Origin: Octopus vulgaris | Taxonomy: Eukaryota | Assembly: GCA_951406725.2 (NCBI GenBank) | Contig: OX597831.1 | Location: 37,634,001-37,698,000, forward strand | Reading direction: 5' to 3' | DNA: 64,000 bases | Part shown: piece after piece, positions 40,088-56,837 of the stretch | Numbering within the stretch: the first letter of the stretch is position 1 | Layout: each line of letters begins with the position of its first letter | Translations under genes and position numbers: made by a program | Notes under the pieces: model-generated | What the model was told of the DNA's origin: nothing | Database searches by the model: none | The model's input: only the letters and a program-made list of their open reading frames with translations

Positions 40088-40146
<59 letters not shown>

Positions 40147-40148
40147 AT
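38556..40148. repeat. Blocks of (TATG)n, (TA)n and (TATC)n microsatellites
   Basis: Direct inspection. Confidence 0.9.
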
Positions 40149-40647
40149 GTATCTTCTGTATGTTACTTTATCATTATTGAATGAAAGATAAATGTTAATA
40201 TTGTATGTTATATTCTGCTACCATTTTGTTTCTCATGTAACTTTTGATATTATATTTTGTTACTTTATTGCAAACAATCTTAACATGTTTATATGCATTT
40301 TCTTACATGTGATAGATCGTCATTTTCAACACATCAACATAAACGCTGAGGTGGAAGGAGAGCTTTCTTAAAATTTTGAATTGTAGCAATCAACGGTAAA
40401 ATTAATCTCGTGATGCAGTTTAATGTATATAGGGAAATGGGTGAACATTCATGGAAAATAAGAAGGGACGAGATTCACGGCAAACTCAGCTGACTTCAAC
40501 AAAACGAGATTAGGCAAAAGGACATTTGAAGTGCCTTACATACATGCATTTATGTGAATGCTTCTGAAAGAGTGTGATTTGCGTGCGCTTTTGTGTATGT
40601 ATGTACACGTATTTATATAGGAATGTGTATGCATAGATATTCATACG

Positions 40648-40772
40648 GACCGATATAATAAGTACTAGGCTTACAAAGAATAAGTTCTGGAGTCGATTTA
40701 CTCGACTAAGGGCGGTGCTCCAGCATGACTGCAGTCGAATGACTGAAACAAGTAAAAGAGTAAAAGAATAAG
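40648..40772 (+). mobile_element. SINE family B 3' end
   Basis: aataagtactaggcttacaaagaataag...gactgaaacaagtaaaagagtaaaag. Confidence 0.85.
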
Positions 40773-41810
40773 AGATACATATACACACACGCCCACACAC
40801 AGATACACACATATGTATAAATACATGTATGTATGTATGTATGTATGTATGTATGTATGTATGTATGTATGCATGCATGTATGTATGTATGTATGTATGT
40901 ATTCCTTGCATGTGTTTAACAAATGCAAGCTTAGCTTCAAGATTTGAGAGAAAGAGTATACATGTTGCCTTTTCAGAATTGTGTTCTTTATTAAGAAAAG
41001 TACTGAGAAAATCGTGAGGGAGCTGAGGAAGGTAAATAGCGAGAAATACAGACTAAGGGATGAAACGCAGGTGGATATACTGTTGTATGCGCTTCTTGAC
41101 TGGCAACCTCTTGCATCTTTTCTTTTCGTGGCTCAAAATTCTGTTTCTAGCAGTGTCAAGCATATTTACACGTTTCTGGTTCATGTCGTTTTTTTGTACA
41201 CATACGTATTGATTCGCGCATGAAAATTTCATCCGGGTTGCTTTACGTAATGTAAATTAAATACGGAAATAAGTGTTGGAAAGGACTTAGCATCAATGCA
41301 TATTTTGAAAATGGTTTTCTGCACTATCACTACACAGCTACAGCTGTGCACGAGTAAGGATGTTTATGTACACCAGAGTAAGCTAATGGCATCGACCGCA
41401 TGCGTGATACTGTCCTTCAATCCCCATGCTGTGTGCCGATTTCTTTCCGTGTTCTTCAAGTGTTCCCAGAGATATTAATCACAGAGAAAAGAATACAAAC
41501 TCCAGTCTTTCTGAAAATGTGTTAGTCATCATAAAGAAAAGACTAGAGATATTCACTCAATGCAGATTTACAATCAAATAATGTGGCGAGGATGCGGTGA
41601 GGATAACGTAGCAAACTGTCGACTAGTGCGCCATCTTTGTTCAGCTGCTAGAAACGGTGGAAATAACACAATCATACTTGAAAACGAAAAGCTGCGTGGT
41701 CTATCGTGCGTGTAAATATATTTCAATATTTACACTGTGCTACAGAACCTGAGCTACTTCTTCGTGCGCCGCCCTGTCTACATGTATATATATACATATA
41801 TATATATAGT

Positions 41811-42222
41811 AGGAGTAAGTGGCTGTGTGGTAAGTAGCTTGCTTACCAACCAGATGGTTCCGGGTTCAGTCCCACTGCGATGTACCTAGGGCATATATCT
41901 TTTACTATACCCTCGGGCCGATCAAAGCCTTTTGAGTGGATTTGGTAGACGGAAACTGAAAAGAAGCCCGTCGTAAATGTATATATATATATATGTATGT
42001 ATATGCTTGTGTGTCTGTGTTTGTCCCCCCAACATCGCTTGACAACCGATGGTGGTGTGTTTACGTCCCTATAACTTAGCGGTTCGGCAAAAGAGGCCGA
42101 TAGAATAAGTACTAGGCTTACAAAGAATAAGTCCTGGGGTTGATTTTCTCGAATAAAGGCGGTGCTCTAGCATGGTCGCAGTTTAAATGACTGAAACAAG
42201 TCTAAGAGTAAAAGAGTAAAAG
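41811..42222 (+). mobile_element. SINE family B, full length
   Basis: A-box tggctgtgtgg, B-box-like ggttcagtcc, internal (TA/TG)n, (GAGTAAAA)n tail. Confidence 0.9.
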
Positions 42223-42588
42223 TGTAGGTCGATGATGTAACATAGAATCAAAATGTGGAATCTAGTTGGCTGAAGTAACCTATGCAAGAAAATTCAGAGA
42301 TAGAACATGTAGAAATAATAACTAAGTGGTGGAAATAGACGGACATGCCAATGATTAAGAAGCCAAAAACAGGGTTAGCAAGCTATTTTTATTAATGGAA
42401 CGGTTGATATTTCAGAAACTTCCAAGAGAAACGCTATTTCTTGAATAATGAAGAATCACGTCTTATGACACAGATGCTTCGAGAAACTTAGAAAAAGGAG
42501 GTTACTCTATAATCTTTCTTACAAGACAGATGATTCAACTATTTAGCTACCTACACCACTACATATCTATTTGACCAACTATTTGTTA

Positions 42589-42673
<85 letters not shown>

Positions 42674-43046
42674 CATATCCATCCATCTATTTACCTATCT
42701 ATTTATCTATCTATTTATCTATCTATCTATTCCGTATGTCTCTGTCTATCTATCTATCTATCTCTCTATCTCTCTATCTCTCTGCCTTCTGTCTGTTTGT
42801 TAGTCAATCTATCTCACTTGCTTACTGTATATACCTATGATTATGAGTATGTGTGTGTATATGCATGTGAATGTATATAAACGTATGTTTACATATATAT
42901 GCAAGTATGTATGTATGTATATATACTTACACATGTATAAATACGTATATATGCACATACATGTACATATACGTATATACATATATATACATATATATAC
43001 ATATATATACATTTATATAGAGACATATGTATGTATATGTATCCAT

Positions 43047-43088
<42 letters not shown>

Positions 43089-43458
43089 TTATACACACAC
43101 ACACACACACATATATACATGTACCTATGTGCATGCATCTATATTTAGGAAGAATATGCGTAATTTACCATTGTTATATATATATATATATACATTCATT
43201 TGTGTTCATGCATTTATGTACATTCATTTAACATGTAATTATTTAATGCTTAGCAATCACTAATAATAATTACATAAAGATTCCGTATGTAACGTAATAT
43301 TATTTCATTGCCATTCCCAACCATTCCCAGTCCATTTTCCGAATATTCACTTTGATTAAGCAGAAATGTATTCTTAAATCTTGCCATTATGCTAATCATT
43401 GGCTATCATCTTCATTCATTTCTTCTATAAAGGAATTGTGCAATGAAGAAGACTATTG

Positions 43459-46010
<2,552 letters not shown>

Positions 46011-46162
46011 TTTTGTTGGGTGGAACGGATTTGCGCTGAAAATATCTTTAATTCGGATAGTGTACCTTAATTTGGGAGAAACATTGGGCAGAATTGGAAA
46101 CACTACACACAGACGCAGACACACACACCGACGCAGACGCACAGACGCAGGCACACACACAC

Positions 46163-46237
<75 letters not shown>

Positions 46238-46242
<5 letters not shown>

Positions 46243-46472
46243 ACCCCTCGCCATATCGCGGTTCACCACGCGGTTCAACTACCGTGGTTTATTATTTCGG
46301 CTTACGTCGATTCCTCTGTTGTGTTGTTTTGCATTTATAAGAAAATAAATATATACGAATTATAAAATTATTTTTTAAAAATATATATAATAAAGTAGTA
46401 ATTCTTCGCGGATTTACACCTATCGCGGGGGGTTTTGGGAACGTAACATCTGCGATATTCGAGGAATTACTG
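46238..46472. mobile_element. Tc1/mariner-pogo-type MITE
   Basis: Imperfect TIRs agtaacccctcgccatatcgc / gcgatattcgaggaattactg, TA-flanked. Confidence 0.7.
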
Positions 46473-47099
46473 TATACATACACAAACACCCATATAGACA
46501 TGCACACACACGTATATAGTTACACATACACACATTGACATGTAAATTTATACTCTCAGACACTCTGATATGCCCATATATTGAAAGAAACATGGAGTCA
46601 CGCACATACTTATAACCACACAAAGATACAGACTAAGACATATATATCCATTGACATCTGCATATCGAGTCGCATATATATAAACAAACGTATATACATA
46701 CTCTTCTATTAACACACATAGAAACTCAAGCATGAAACATCACATTCACGATTTCATAATTACACATTGACATATAATAATGAGAATAAGATTTTACAAT
46801 AGAATTATGAAAATTATCATAATATGACGACCTTAAATAAGTATGTGCATTATATGTTTTAGGCAAGTGGTTAATTGCATGTTAATTGATTGCTTTAAGG
46901 GTCAATTTGAATCGAAGCGAAAATCTTCTTCTAACCCTTAATCATTTCATAACGTTAATAATTTCATTAGATTAATAATTTTAAAAAGAAAAAATATGTT
47001 ACTTAGATTTTCTTCGCAGTAAATAAGTTTTCGATGTAAGTGAGCATGACCTGTGTATGTTGCATGCTTCTAAGAGTCAAAGCTAGAAAAACTACATTG

Positions 47100-47680
47100 A
47101 TGAAACTATCTGGAATATTTACCAGCCAGATTTTCGATAAAATACACCGAGGTAACACTGCGAGTTCACCATCCGTATTTTACTACTAAAAGGCCTATCA
47201 CCAACGTCACAATTATGGGGGTAAATATCTAGCTGCACCAGGCCACACCGAAGAAGTGGAATAATCCACATGATATCATGTCTATTAATGTTTAATGCCA
47301 GCGATATACCATTTCGAATATGCCAGAACGTATTAAGAGCGAATAGAAACGGTGTACTCATATAAAAAGTACCCAGCACACACGGGATAAGATCTCGAGC
47401 TACTTTCGAACACAAAAAACCCTTTCGATGTTTAATATGTTGTGGAATGATTGTCTACGACTTCGTATATTGAACATCTGACCAATGACTATAATAATGT
47501 TACTATTCAGCGATTCCCCACCAATCGAGAGCTTAGTCAGAATGTCATGCTTACAAAAATATATTGTATCTAAAACAGCCAAAGGCTCTGCAAAATGCCC
47601 CATAAGAATAACTGGAGGGGTTTCGAATAACGGGTGTTGAATATCCGAAGTGTAAGGTAGAAGATTCCATATTCCGTCAC
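47100..47680 (-). pseudogene. Possible very old LINE endonuclease-region remnant
   Basis: NIIIVIGQMFNI resembles the APE II..GDFN motif; weak. Confidence 0.25.
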
Positions 47681-47788
47681 ACCAAAAATAAGCAGACCTG
47701 GCTGAATCTAAATGATACCAAATACCGCTGTGTTTAGTGCTCCTATAATTAGTAAAGAATCACGATATAAACTCAGTAAAATAAGGCC

Positions 47789-48066
47789 AATTATTTACAT
47801 TACTTACATTTGACGGATATTTGTCCTCCCCTTGTTTGTTGTTCACACAACGTTTAGGCTGATATACGCTCCAGCCTTCATCGGGTACCTTGGGGAAATT
47901 TCGAACCTGGATCATCCTTCTGCCCTCCTCCTACAATTCATCATCCTTATCTTCATCACCACTACTAACACCACCACCGCCGCCGCCACCACCATCACCA
48001 AAACAACCAAATATCCGTCAAATGTAAATAACGTACACAATTCCTCGTATCGTATATATAGAACTG
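47789..48066. mobile_element. Remnant of the palindromic HHR-tail element (same family as 49169-49690)
   Basis: Left arm tacatttgacggatatttgtcc...gaaatttcgaacctgg; right arm caaatatccgtcaaatgtaaataa...tagaactg; degenerate HHR at 47844-47888 (-). Confidence 0.8.
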
Positions 48067-48784
48067 AATAAAGCCAAAGTTGATGAGATAATTAGGAATA
48101 CCAATTTCATTTTCTTTACTAAAATAATAATAAAAATAAAACATTTCTACATTGTTTTACTTGCCTTCAATTTAGAAATAATATTTGTAGAGTGAACTTC
48201 ATAAGCATACAGACATAATTTTGAGTATGCCCATTTCACAAATGTATTTCTTCTCGTCCATGTTTATCGAGAACATTTCGTTTTGAATTTTAAACGAAGT
48301 CAGCATTTTTAAACACTAACTTAGGTTTATTGAGATACATTCAGCTGCTGCAATCTGTAGGGCAAGCAAATATAAATCAACTTCCTTGCTCGTTTTATGA
48401 AAATAAAGAAAAAGTATGGTGAATATATATAATTAAGGCGAATACATATATTATAGTCAGATAGATGATAGGTATCACACAAAACTAAGCTCCGCAAAAT
48501 CAAGATTGATGCCCTTATTTTATACTTAGTTCAAAATGCAATGACTATAAAGTTTTAACCTGAATTACATTACAAACTACAAATAAGTTTGATTTGAAAA
48601 CTTGGAAAGCAACCCTCCCTTATAATTCAAAGCAGATTCGCTTCAAATATTCAAATCCCTTTTGTTCAAACAATATTTCTTTGAAATCACAACGATGAAG
48701 CAAGTTATTATATTGAAGTTTGTTAAATCTACATCAGCTATTCCTCATGAAAATTATATTAGAACTACAGTTCTATATTTAAGA

Positions 48785-49168
48785 CTAGCAGTATCGCCCG
48801 GCGTTGCTCAGGTTTGTAAGAGAAATAACTATAAAGCATTTTTAGAGAGTTATAGCCAAAAAATAGCAAAAAAATGGAAAAAAAATTATGGTAAATTTTT
48901 TTGAGAGTTAAAAAAGGTGGAGTTGTGTCCCCTAGACGGTCTGTGGTTTGGGTTTCTGATTCTCGACCCCATGTCGAATTTATTGATTTTTTTTCAGAAC
49001 TGGGGGAACTTTTCAAAATTTTCGCTGCGTTAGTTTTGAATTATGACATTGGGCTATGTGTGTGTCAAGTTTCATCAGAATCGGTTGAAAGCCGTGGTCA
49101 GGGTGAGGGTACGAGAAAACAGACACACAGAAAACGCAGAGACAAACTGCCGTTTATATAGAGAGAGA
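48785..49168 (-). mobile_element. Non-autonomous Helitron (384 bp)
   Basis: Minus strand starts TC, ends CTAG, subterminal hairpin cctgagcaacgccggg, inserted between A and T, no TSD. Confidence 0.85.
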
Positions 49169-49230
49169 TATGAGGAATTAAGTACATTATTTACATTTGA
49201 CGGATATTTGTCCTCATCTTGTTTGTTGTT

Positions 49231-49276
49231 AACACAACGTTTCAGCTGATATAACCTCCAGCCTTCATCGGGTGTC
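49231..49276 (-). ncRNA. Minimal type I hammerhead (CCGATGA variant)
   Basis: gacac-CCGATGA-a-ggctg...cagct-GAAAC GTT-gtgtt. Confidence 0.65.
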
Positions 49277-49448
49277 TTGGGGAAATTTCGAACCTGGGGT
49301 CACATTTCTAAAGTATTTTTCGATGTTGTTGTTGTTATTATTATTCAGGTAGCTTGCGCTCTTAACCACTACGGGATTAGTGGCGTAGTGGTTAAGAGCG
49401 CGGGTTACTAACCCCAAGATTCCGAGTTCCATTCCAGACAGTGACCTC

Positions 49449-49504
<56 letters not shown>

Positions 49505-49577
49505 TAATAATAATAACAACAGCAATTACATCGAAAAATAACTTAGGAATGAGAACCTAGGTTCGAAATTTCCCCAA

Positions 49578-49623
49578 GACACCTGATGAAGGCTGGAGGG
49601 TAAATCAGCTGAAACGTTGTGTT
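49578..49623 (+). ncRNA. Minimal type I hammerhead with palindromic stem III (AACGTT)
   Basis: gacac-CTGATGA-a-ggctg gagggtaaat cagct-GAAAC GTT-gtgtt; predicted cut after 49618. Confidence 0.75.
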
Positions 49624-50453
49624 TACAACAAACAAGATGAATACAAATATCCGTCAAATATAAATAATGTACATAATGTATATTAGAACTAGTTTTGGGT
49701 ACGACAGTAAGATGTAGAAGTGATCGGTGGAGGTTTAGGACTTTTGATATGTTTCAACATAGCGAATATGAAATAAAAACGATTAAATTATACAACTTTG
49801 AATAAGTTATTTTTTTTCTGAAATTTAAAAAAGAAAAAAAAGATTTCTCATTTGCCTTTTCTTCTTATATTTAAATGAGAGATTTCGAGACTGATAAGAA
49901 AGTATAACACACAGTTAAGTACAGAAAGAGAGGAAGAAAAGAGAAAAGAATGTAAGAACATAAAACTCATTTCCTTTCATATGCTATCAATTTTATTTCA
50001 AATTAGATACAAACACAATTGTCGAAAATAAAACGTGCTAATCTGTATGCATCGAGTGAGCACTTAATACCTATATTATCAATTGTGAAATGTTTGTATA
50101 GAAGAGAGCGAACAATCTATCATTACAGTGCAGTGTGGTGAAGCATAGCTTTATTCTGCTTATTATTGCTACTATGATGTAATTCAATGCAAACTCTAAA
50201 TTACTTCGCAAGAGGAGGGACTGCTAGAAAGAAAAGCAATGATATATCAGATTAATAGGTTTGATGTGGTCATTTCTGGGTACCAATTGCTACTTATTGG
50301 AAAGAGAACGATATGCATGAGTGACAGCGTTTGGGTTAGGTGTGAGTAAGTGTGTACGTGTGTAATTCCAGAGTTCGTTTGTGAGAGATAAATTGAAAGT
50401 GAGTTAAATACACTAAGGTAACATGATTATGTATTTGAATATGTGTGTATATT

Positions 50454-50515
<62 letters not shown>

Positions 50516-50533
50516 TGTGTGTGTAAGTATATA

Positions 50534-50926
50534 TACTCTTTTACTTGTTTCAGTCATTTGACTGCGGCCATGCTGGAGCACCGCCTTTAGTCGAGCAAAT
50601 CGACCCCGGGACTTATTCTTTGTAAGCCTAGTACTTATTCTATCGGTCTCTTTTTGCCGAACCGCTAAGTGACGGGGACATAAACACACCAGCATCGGTT
50701 GTCAAGTAATTTTAGGGGGACAAACACAGACACACAAACACACACACATACATATATATATACATATATACGACAGGCTTCTTTCAGTTTCCGTCTACCA
50801 AATCCACTCACAAGACATTGGTCGGCCCGGGGCTATAGCAGAAGACACTTACCCAAGATTCCACGCAGTGGGACTGAACCCAGAACCATGTGGTTGGTTA
50901 GCAAGCTACTTACCACCCAGCCACTC
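50534..50926 (-). mobile_element. SINE family B, full length
   Basis: Reverse complement of the family consensus. Confidence 0.9.
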
Positions 50927-50994
50927 ATATATATATATACATATGCGTGTGTGGGTGTGCCCGCATGTATCTGTGTATACATACATACATACGT

Positions 50995-51384
50995 TTGGTA
51001 AGTAGCTTGCTTACCAACCACATGGTTCCTGGTTCATTCCCACTGCGTGGCACGTTGGGTAACTGTCTTCTTCTATAGCCTCGGGCCGATCAAATCCTTG
51101 TGAGTGGATTTGGTAGACGGAAACTGAAAGAAGCCCGTCGTATATATGTATGTTTGTGTGTATATGTTTGTGTGTCAGTGTTTGTCCCTCCAACATCGCT
51201 TGACAAACGATGGTGGTGTATTTACGACCCCGTAACTTAGCTGTTCGACAAAAGAGCCAGATAGAATAAGTACTCGGTTTACAAAGAATAAGTCCTGGGG
51301 TCGATTTGCTCGACTAAAGGCGGTGCTCCAGCATGGCCGAAGTAAAATGACAGAAACAAGTAAAAGAGTAAAAGAGTAAAAGAG
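50995..51384 (+). mobile_element. SINE family B, near full length
   Basis: tggtaagtagcttgcttaccaacc...(gagtaaaa)n. Confidence 0.9.
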
Positions 51385-51390
51385 ATATAC

Positions 51391-51612
51391 ATAATTATAA
51401 CACGGGCTTTGCTTGCTCCTCATCATGCACTGAAAAATAGACGCCAAAAGACACTATTGCAACTATAAAGTCTCCGAAAGTTATAATTCATTTCTTTCCT
51501 TTGCTAGCCTATTATGTGGTGTGCTTATTCTTTGAGAATTTGTGGTGATATTAGTGTCTTTTGACTTCTATCTTTCAGTGCGTGTTGAGGAGGAAGTCAA
51601 GCCCTTGTTATA
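51391..51612. repeat. Old diverged inverted repeat
   Basis: ctcctcatcatgcactgaaaaatagacgccaaaagacacta versus tagtgtcttttgacttctatctttcagtgcgtgttgaggag. Confidence 0.75.
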
Positions 51613-52003
51613 ATCATTTATATAATTATAAAATATTTGTAAAATTTAACTATGAGGTTTTTATTATCGCGCTGACCATCTGGTAAAAATCATTAATGAT
51701 ATTTACCCTTTATTATTATAATATATACATTACGTTAAGTCCAAATTACGATAAATGTAAACAGATATTCTAGAAATGAATCTCATGATTCTAATCCTGA
51801 AACGCGTCCATAATTAATCGAAGACTGTTTGATTTCATTATTTTACTTCTTTTTTGCTATGTGTGAGTTACACATATTGTTGTCTATGGATACATATTTT
51901 TGTAGAAAAAAGAAATAGTAGTCTTTTGGCTGCTATTTCTAAAATTTTCGGTATGTGGTCAAACAACTTGTTACTAAACCCTTATTGTTATAATTATATA
52001 TAC

Positions 52004-52076
<73 letters not shown>

Positions 52077-52078
52077 AC

Positions 52079-52124
<46 letters not shown>

Positions 52125-52164
52125 TGTATATATATATGTAAATATATATATACGTATATACATG

Positions 52165-52205
<41 letters not shown>

Positions 52206-52206
52206 G

Positions 52207-52273
<67 letters not shown>

Positions 52274-52348
52274 GTGGGTCCCTGGGTTAACCACAGTAAA
52301 TAAGGTACTCAATACATAGCAGAGTAAAGTAATTCATTTTATAGAAGG

Positions 52349-52399
52349 AGCTTCTACAGGACTAGAACTGTTTCATTCAGATGAAATCTTCAGGTAGCT
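52349..52399 (-). ncRNA. Type I hammerhead, pseudo-LTR copy 1
   Basis: agctac-CTGAAGA-t ttc atct gaa t-GAAA cag ttctagtc ctg TA-gaagct. Confidence 0.7.
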
Positions 52400-52854
52400 G
52401 GCTGTCAAAATAAGTTCTTGTATTTATGCATTTAGGCAGATTTAATGGAGTGGTGGTGGGGGACGTTTTTTGGGTAGGTTGGTATGTAGGAGATAAACAG
52501 GGCACAAGCTATTGTTCTTAGGGGAGTGGTCAAAAGGCCAGAGTGTTTTTTGAAATGAGAAGAATCAGTGAGAAAATAAATATATGAATAAATAGAACAA
52601 ATGAATAGAAACAGATATATGGGATGGGATTTTAGGTAAATTAGAAGACAATTGCTTTTTGGTGGTCAAGAAGAGGTAGGCAGTTTGTTATTGTTAGGTG
52701 GAGGGAATAAATAGATAAATATACATGAAAAACACATATAAAATAAATATACATACAAACACACATACATACACATGCGAAAATACATATGTATACATAC
52801 ATACGCACACATATATACATACATACACATACATATATACATATATATACATAT

Positions 52855-52891
<37 letters not shown>

Positions 52892-52970
52892 CACATATAC
52901 ATACATAAAACCTACATACACACACACACGCACATATATAAATATATATATATATTCATTTTATAGAAGG

Positions 52971-53021
52971 AGCTTCTAGAGGACTAGAACTGTTTCATCC
53001 AAAAGAAATCATCAGGAAGCT
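52971..53021 (-). ncRNA. Type I hammerhead, pseudo-LTR copy 2
   Basis: agcttc-CTGATGA-t ttc tttt gga t-GAAA cag ttctagtc ctc TA-gaagct; one stem III mismatch. Confidence 0.7.
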
Positions 53022-53249
53022 AGAGTAGTTTTGGCATTTATACATTTAGGCAGGTTTAAAGGGGTGGTGGTGGGGGACTTTTTGGGGTAGGCATGGCGCA
53101 AACTATCATTCTTAGGGGAGTGGTCAAAGGAATCGGTGGTAAAGTAGATAAAAGAATAAATAAAAGAATAAAAGAATAAATAGAAAAATAGAGTTTTAGG
53201 TAAATAAGGAGACTCTCACTTATACATATACATATATATATACATACAC

Positions 53250-53297
<48 letters not shown>

Positions 53298-53657
53298 GCA
53301 TGTACATATACACATACATACACACATACATATGTATACATATACATACATACATATACACACATATACATACATAGACATATACATATATACACATACA
53401 CATACGTACACATACACACATACACCCATATACACATGTACATATGTACCCATATACATGTATCTACGTACACGCCCATACCCATACTCATACATACACT
53501 TATATATGTCTACACACATATATATATAAAAGGGGATATACACCCCCATACACACACGCTCCCAAATCCATATATATATATACACATATACATATACATA
53601 TATATACACACACACCCATATACACATATATATATACATACATACATATACATACAT

Positions 53658-53722
<65 letters not shown>

Positions 53723-54957
53723 CACACACACTCACATATATATACACACACACATACATATGCATATACATGCACACACATACACACACATATATTTATT
53801 CCCTTATTTTAATTTTATTTTTACTTTTGTTTTTATTTTTATTTTTATCTTGACCTCGGTCAGCCAGCCCGGCACTGAAGTGATGTCGTCCCAAGGGATA
53901 GTCTAAAGAGTCCATTTATTGCCCTCTCCCTTCCTTTCTATCTTTCTACTCACTGATACGAACACAAACACTCACACACGCACACACACTCACACGTACA
54001 CTCATATACATACACACACGCACGTGTTATATTCATACATACATACATCTACATACATGCACGTATATACACATACGTACACGTACCTACAATTCATATC
54101 TACACGCATACACATACATACATCTATACACCCACAGAAGACTAGTCCATACATATACACAAATAAATATATATACATATACATATACACATACATACAC
54201 ATACATACACATATACATATATATCTATACATATACACATATACATATATATATATATATATATACATATATACACACATACATACACGTACGCGCATAC
54301 CTACATATACATACACACATATATACTTACACCAGTCATATACATACCTACATACCCATACATCCATATATCTATACATATACATACACGTATATATACA
54401 CAAGCACATACTAATACACACGCACACACATCTATCTACATATATAAAAAAAGAAACCCAACAAGTCCATACATGTACACACATACACATACATACATGC
54501 ATATACACATATATACCCATACACATATACACATACATACACATACACATATATATACACACATGTATATATATACATATATACACATACATATACATAC
54601 ACACATGCATACACATACACACACACACGCGCATCTATATATACACATAAGTACATACATGCATAAATGTATACATATGTTTATACATATGCATACACAT
54701 ACACACACACGCGCCTCCTTATATACATAAATACATACATGCATACATAACATATACATATATACATACATGCATACTCAAATAATAAATAATAAATAAT
54801 AAATATATATACATGCAGTTACCCATTATACAGACGGATACATACATATAAACATACACATATATACCTATTTACACATATGTATATATACATACATACA
54901 TACACATACACATAACTCTACATACCTACATATACATAAACACACAAGCGCACACAC

Positions 54958-54992
<35 letters not shown>

Positions 54993-55164
54993 CACATATA
55001 TATATCCACATACATACACATACACATATACATACACATACACATACATATACACGCACGTAAATACACGCACTCACATACATGCGTATATTCCTACTAA
55101 CACCCATACATTTCTATACATATATACAATACATATATACAAGTGTACACATACAATATGTGAA

Positions 55165-56508
55165 TAGTCTTAGGAGAAAAGGTAATTGGGGGTGCTGGGG
55201 GAACGGTGGGGGTGGGGGGTTTGTGGGTGGGGTGTCGTCAATCGGGTTGCCGGGTGGGTCTGTAGTTTTTGTAGTTTGCATAAATTTTATGCATGCAATT
55301 TGGGGAGTGTTCCGAGATCTTGTTGAGGAGAGGGCCTTTGGCGAACAAGATCTCCAGGCTCTCAGAAATGCAAAGGTCACAGCAGGTATGGCCTCCTGTG
55401 TACGAACGCGCCCTCTGTAGTAGTCTCCACTTGATCTTGAAGGGGATGGAGTCCTTTTAAGGTACCAGATGTGGGCGGCGAGGGTAGTTTGGTTGGATTT
55501 GTCAGGTCGCCGGAACGAATGTGTGTGGGCGTACCAACGAGTCTTAAAGCTGTTTGACGTCATTCCGATGTACGATTTTCTTTTATCATCGGGGCCTGAT
55601 CGTACCTCGCATGTGTAGACGAGGTCCTTCTGTAGGCAGTTGTTGTTGAGGGGGCAAGTGGTTTTATCAGGGCAGTTGCAATTGCTATCGGATGTTGGAT
55701 GGGCCTCGGAAAAAGTAGATTTATTAAGTTTTTTCACGTTATTGTTGGCTAGGTTCCTGGCTAGATTGGGCGTGGTAGAGTAGGAGAGTCTAATGGTGTT
55801 CTTATTTAGGATTGTATAGTACTTATGTTGGGTGGGGAAGTGTTTCTGTAGGAGAGTGAAGAAGATTTTAGCTACAGGTGTAGCGACCTCACGGTTGAAG
55901 GGGGGGGTTGTACCAGCTAATGTGTCTTCGCCTATTTTTCCTGGGTTGGCGTGGGGCTATGCTAGTATAGGTGATCTTATCTTTAAAGCCACTGCGGGCC
56001 AGGGCCTCGTTGTAATAGGGGGCTGCGGCATTAAAGATATCTTCAGTAGCGGACAGGCTAGATATTCTAATTGAGACACTTTTTACTAGGTTGTCTAATA
56101 TATTTTTGGGGTGGTTGGAATTAATGTCTATATATCTAAGGGATTCATTTGGTTTGTGGTACGGGTAATAAAGTGAGGTTTTTAAGTCGAGGGTAACGTC
56201 AAGGAAGTTAGCTTTGGTTAAGTTGGATTCTAAGGTAATCCTAAGGCCTAAGTTTTTAAAAAAAGTGTAAAGATTTTTCGGAACCCATCCGTGGTCCTGG
56301 GTTTTTTGTGGAGGGCAAAAAGGCCATCATCGCGGTAAAGACCACCGGAGAGGGTGAATAGGGTCTTCAGCCTATGGAGGATGAAAAGGCCCACAAGGTC
56401 ACTTATTTCAGCCGAGTCGCTAGCACCCATGCTGACGTCGAAGGGGGTCACAGATTTTTTGTTGATCCAGTTGATCCAGTGGGATCCGTCGTGGAAAAGA
56501 AAAGAAAA
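55165..56508 (-). pseudogene. PLE reverse transcriptase + GIY-YIG endonuclease, frameshifted (resembles Naiad clade)
   Basis: FDVSMGASDSAEISDLVGLFIL, GLYRDDGL, CNCPDKTTCPLNNNCL, LVYTCEV...YIGMTSNSFKTRWYAH, CDLCISE, LNKISEHSPNCMH. Confidence 0.92.
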
Positions 56509-56779
56509 GCGCGTGTGTATGGGGGTGTATATCCCCTTTGATATATATATATGTGTAGACATATATAAGTGTATGTATGAGTATGGGTATGGGCGTCTAC
56601 GTAGATACATGTATATGGGTACATATGCACATGTGTATATGTGTGTATGTGTACGTATGTGTATGTGTGTGTATGTGTATATATGTATATGTCTATGTAT
56701 GTATATGTGTGTATATGTATGTATGTATATGTATACATATGTGTATGTGTGTGTGTATGTGTATATGTACATGTGTGTG

Positions 56780-56837
<58 letters not shown>

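Larger units (their letters stand above)
49169..49690. mobile_element. Palindromic element: head-to-head tRNA-like head + (AAT)n + HHR-bearing PLE-type tail
   Basis: 49175-49373 is an inverted copy of 49384-49678 with an internal deletion; A-box TGGCGTAGTGG at 49381, B-box-like GTTCCATTC at 49426; left arm continues at 48766-48784 beyond the Helitron. Confidence 0.8.
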
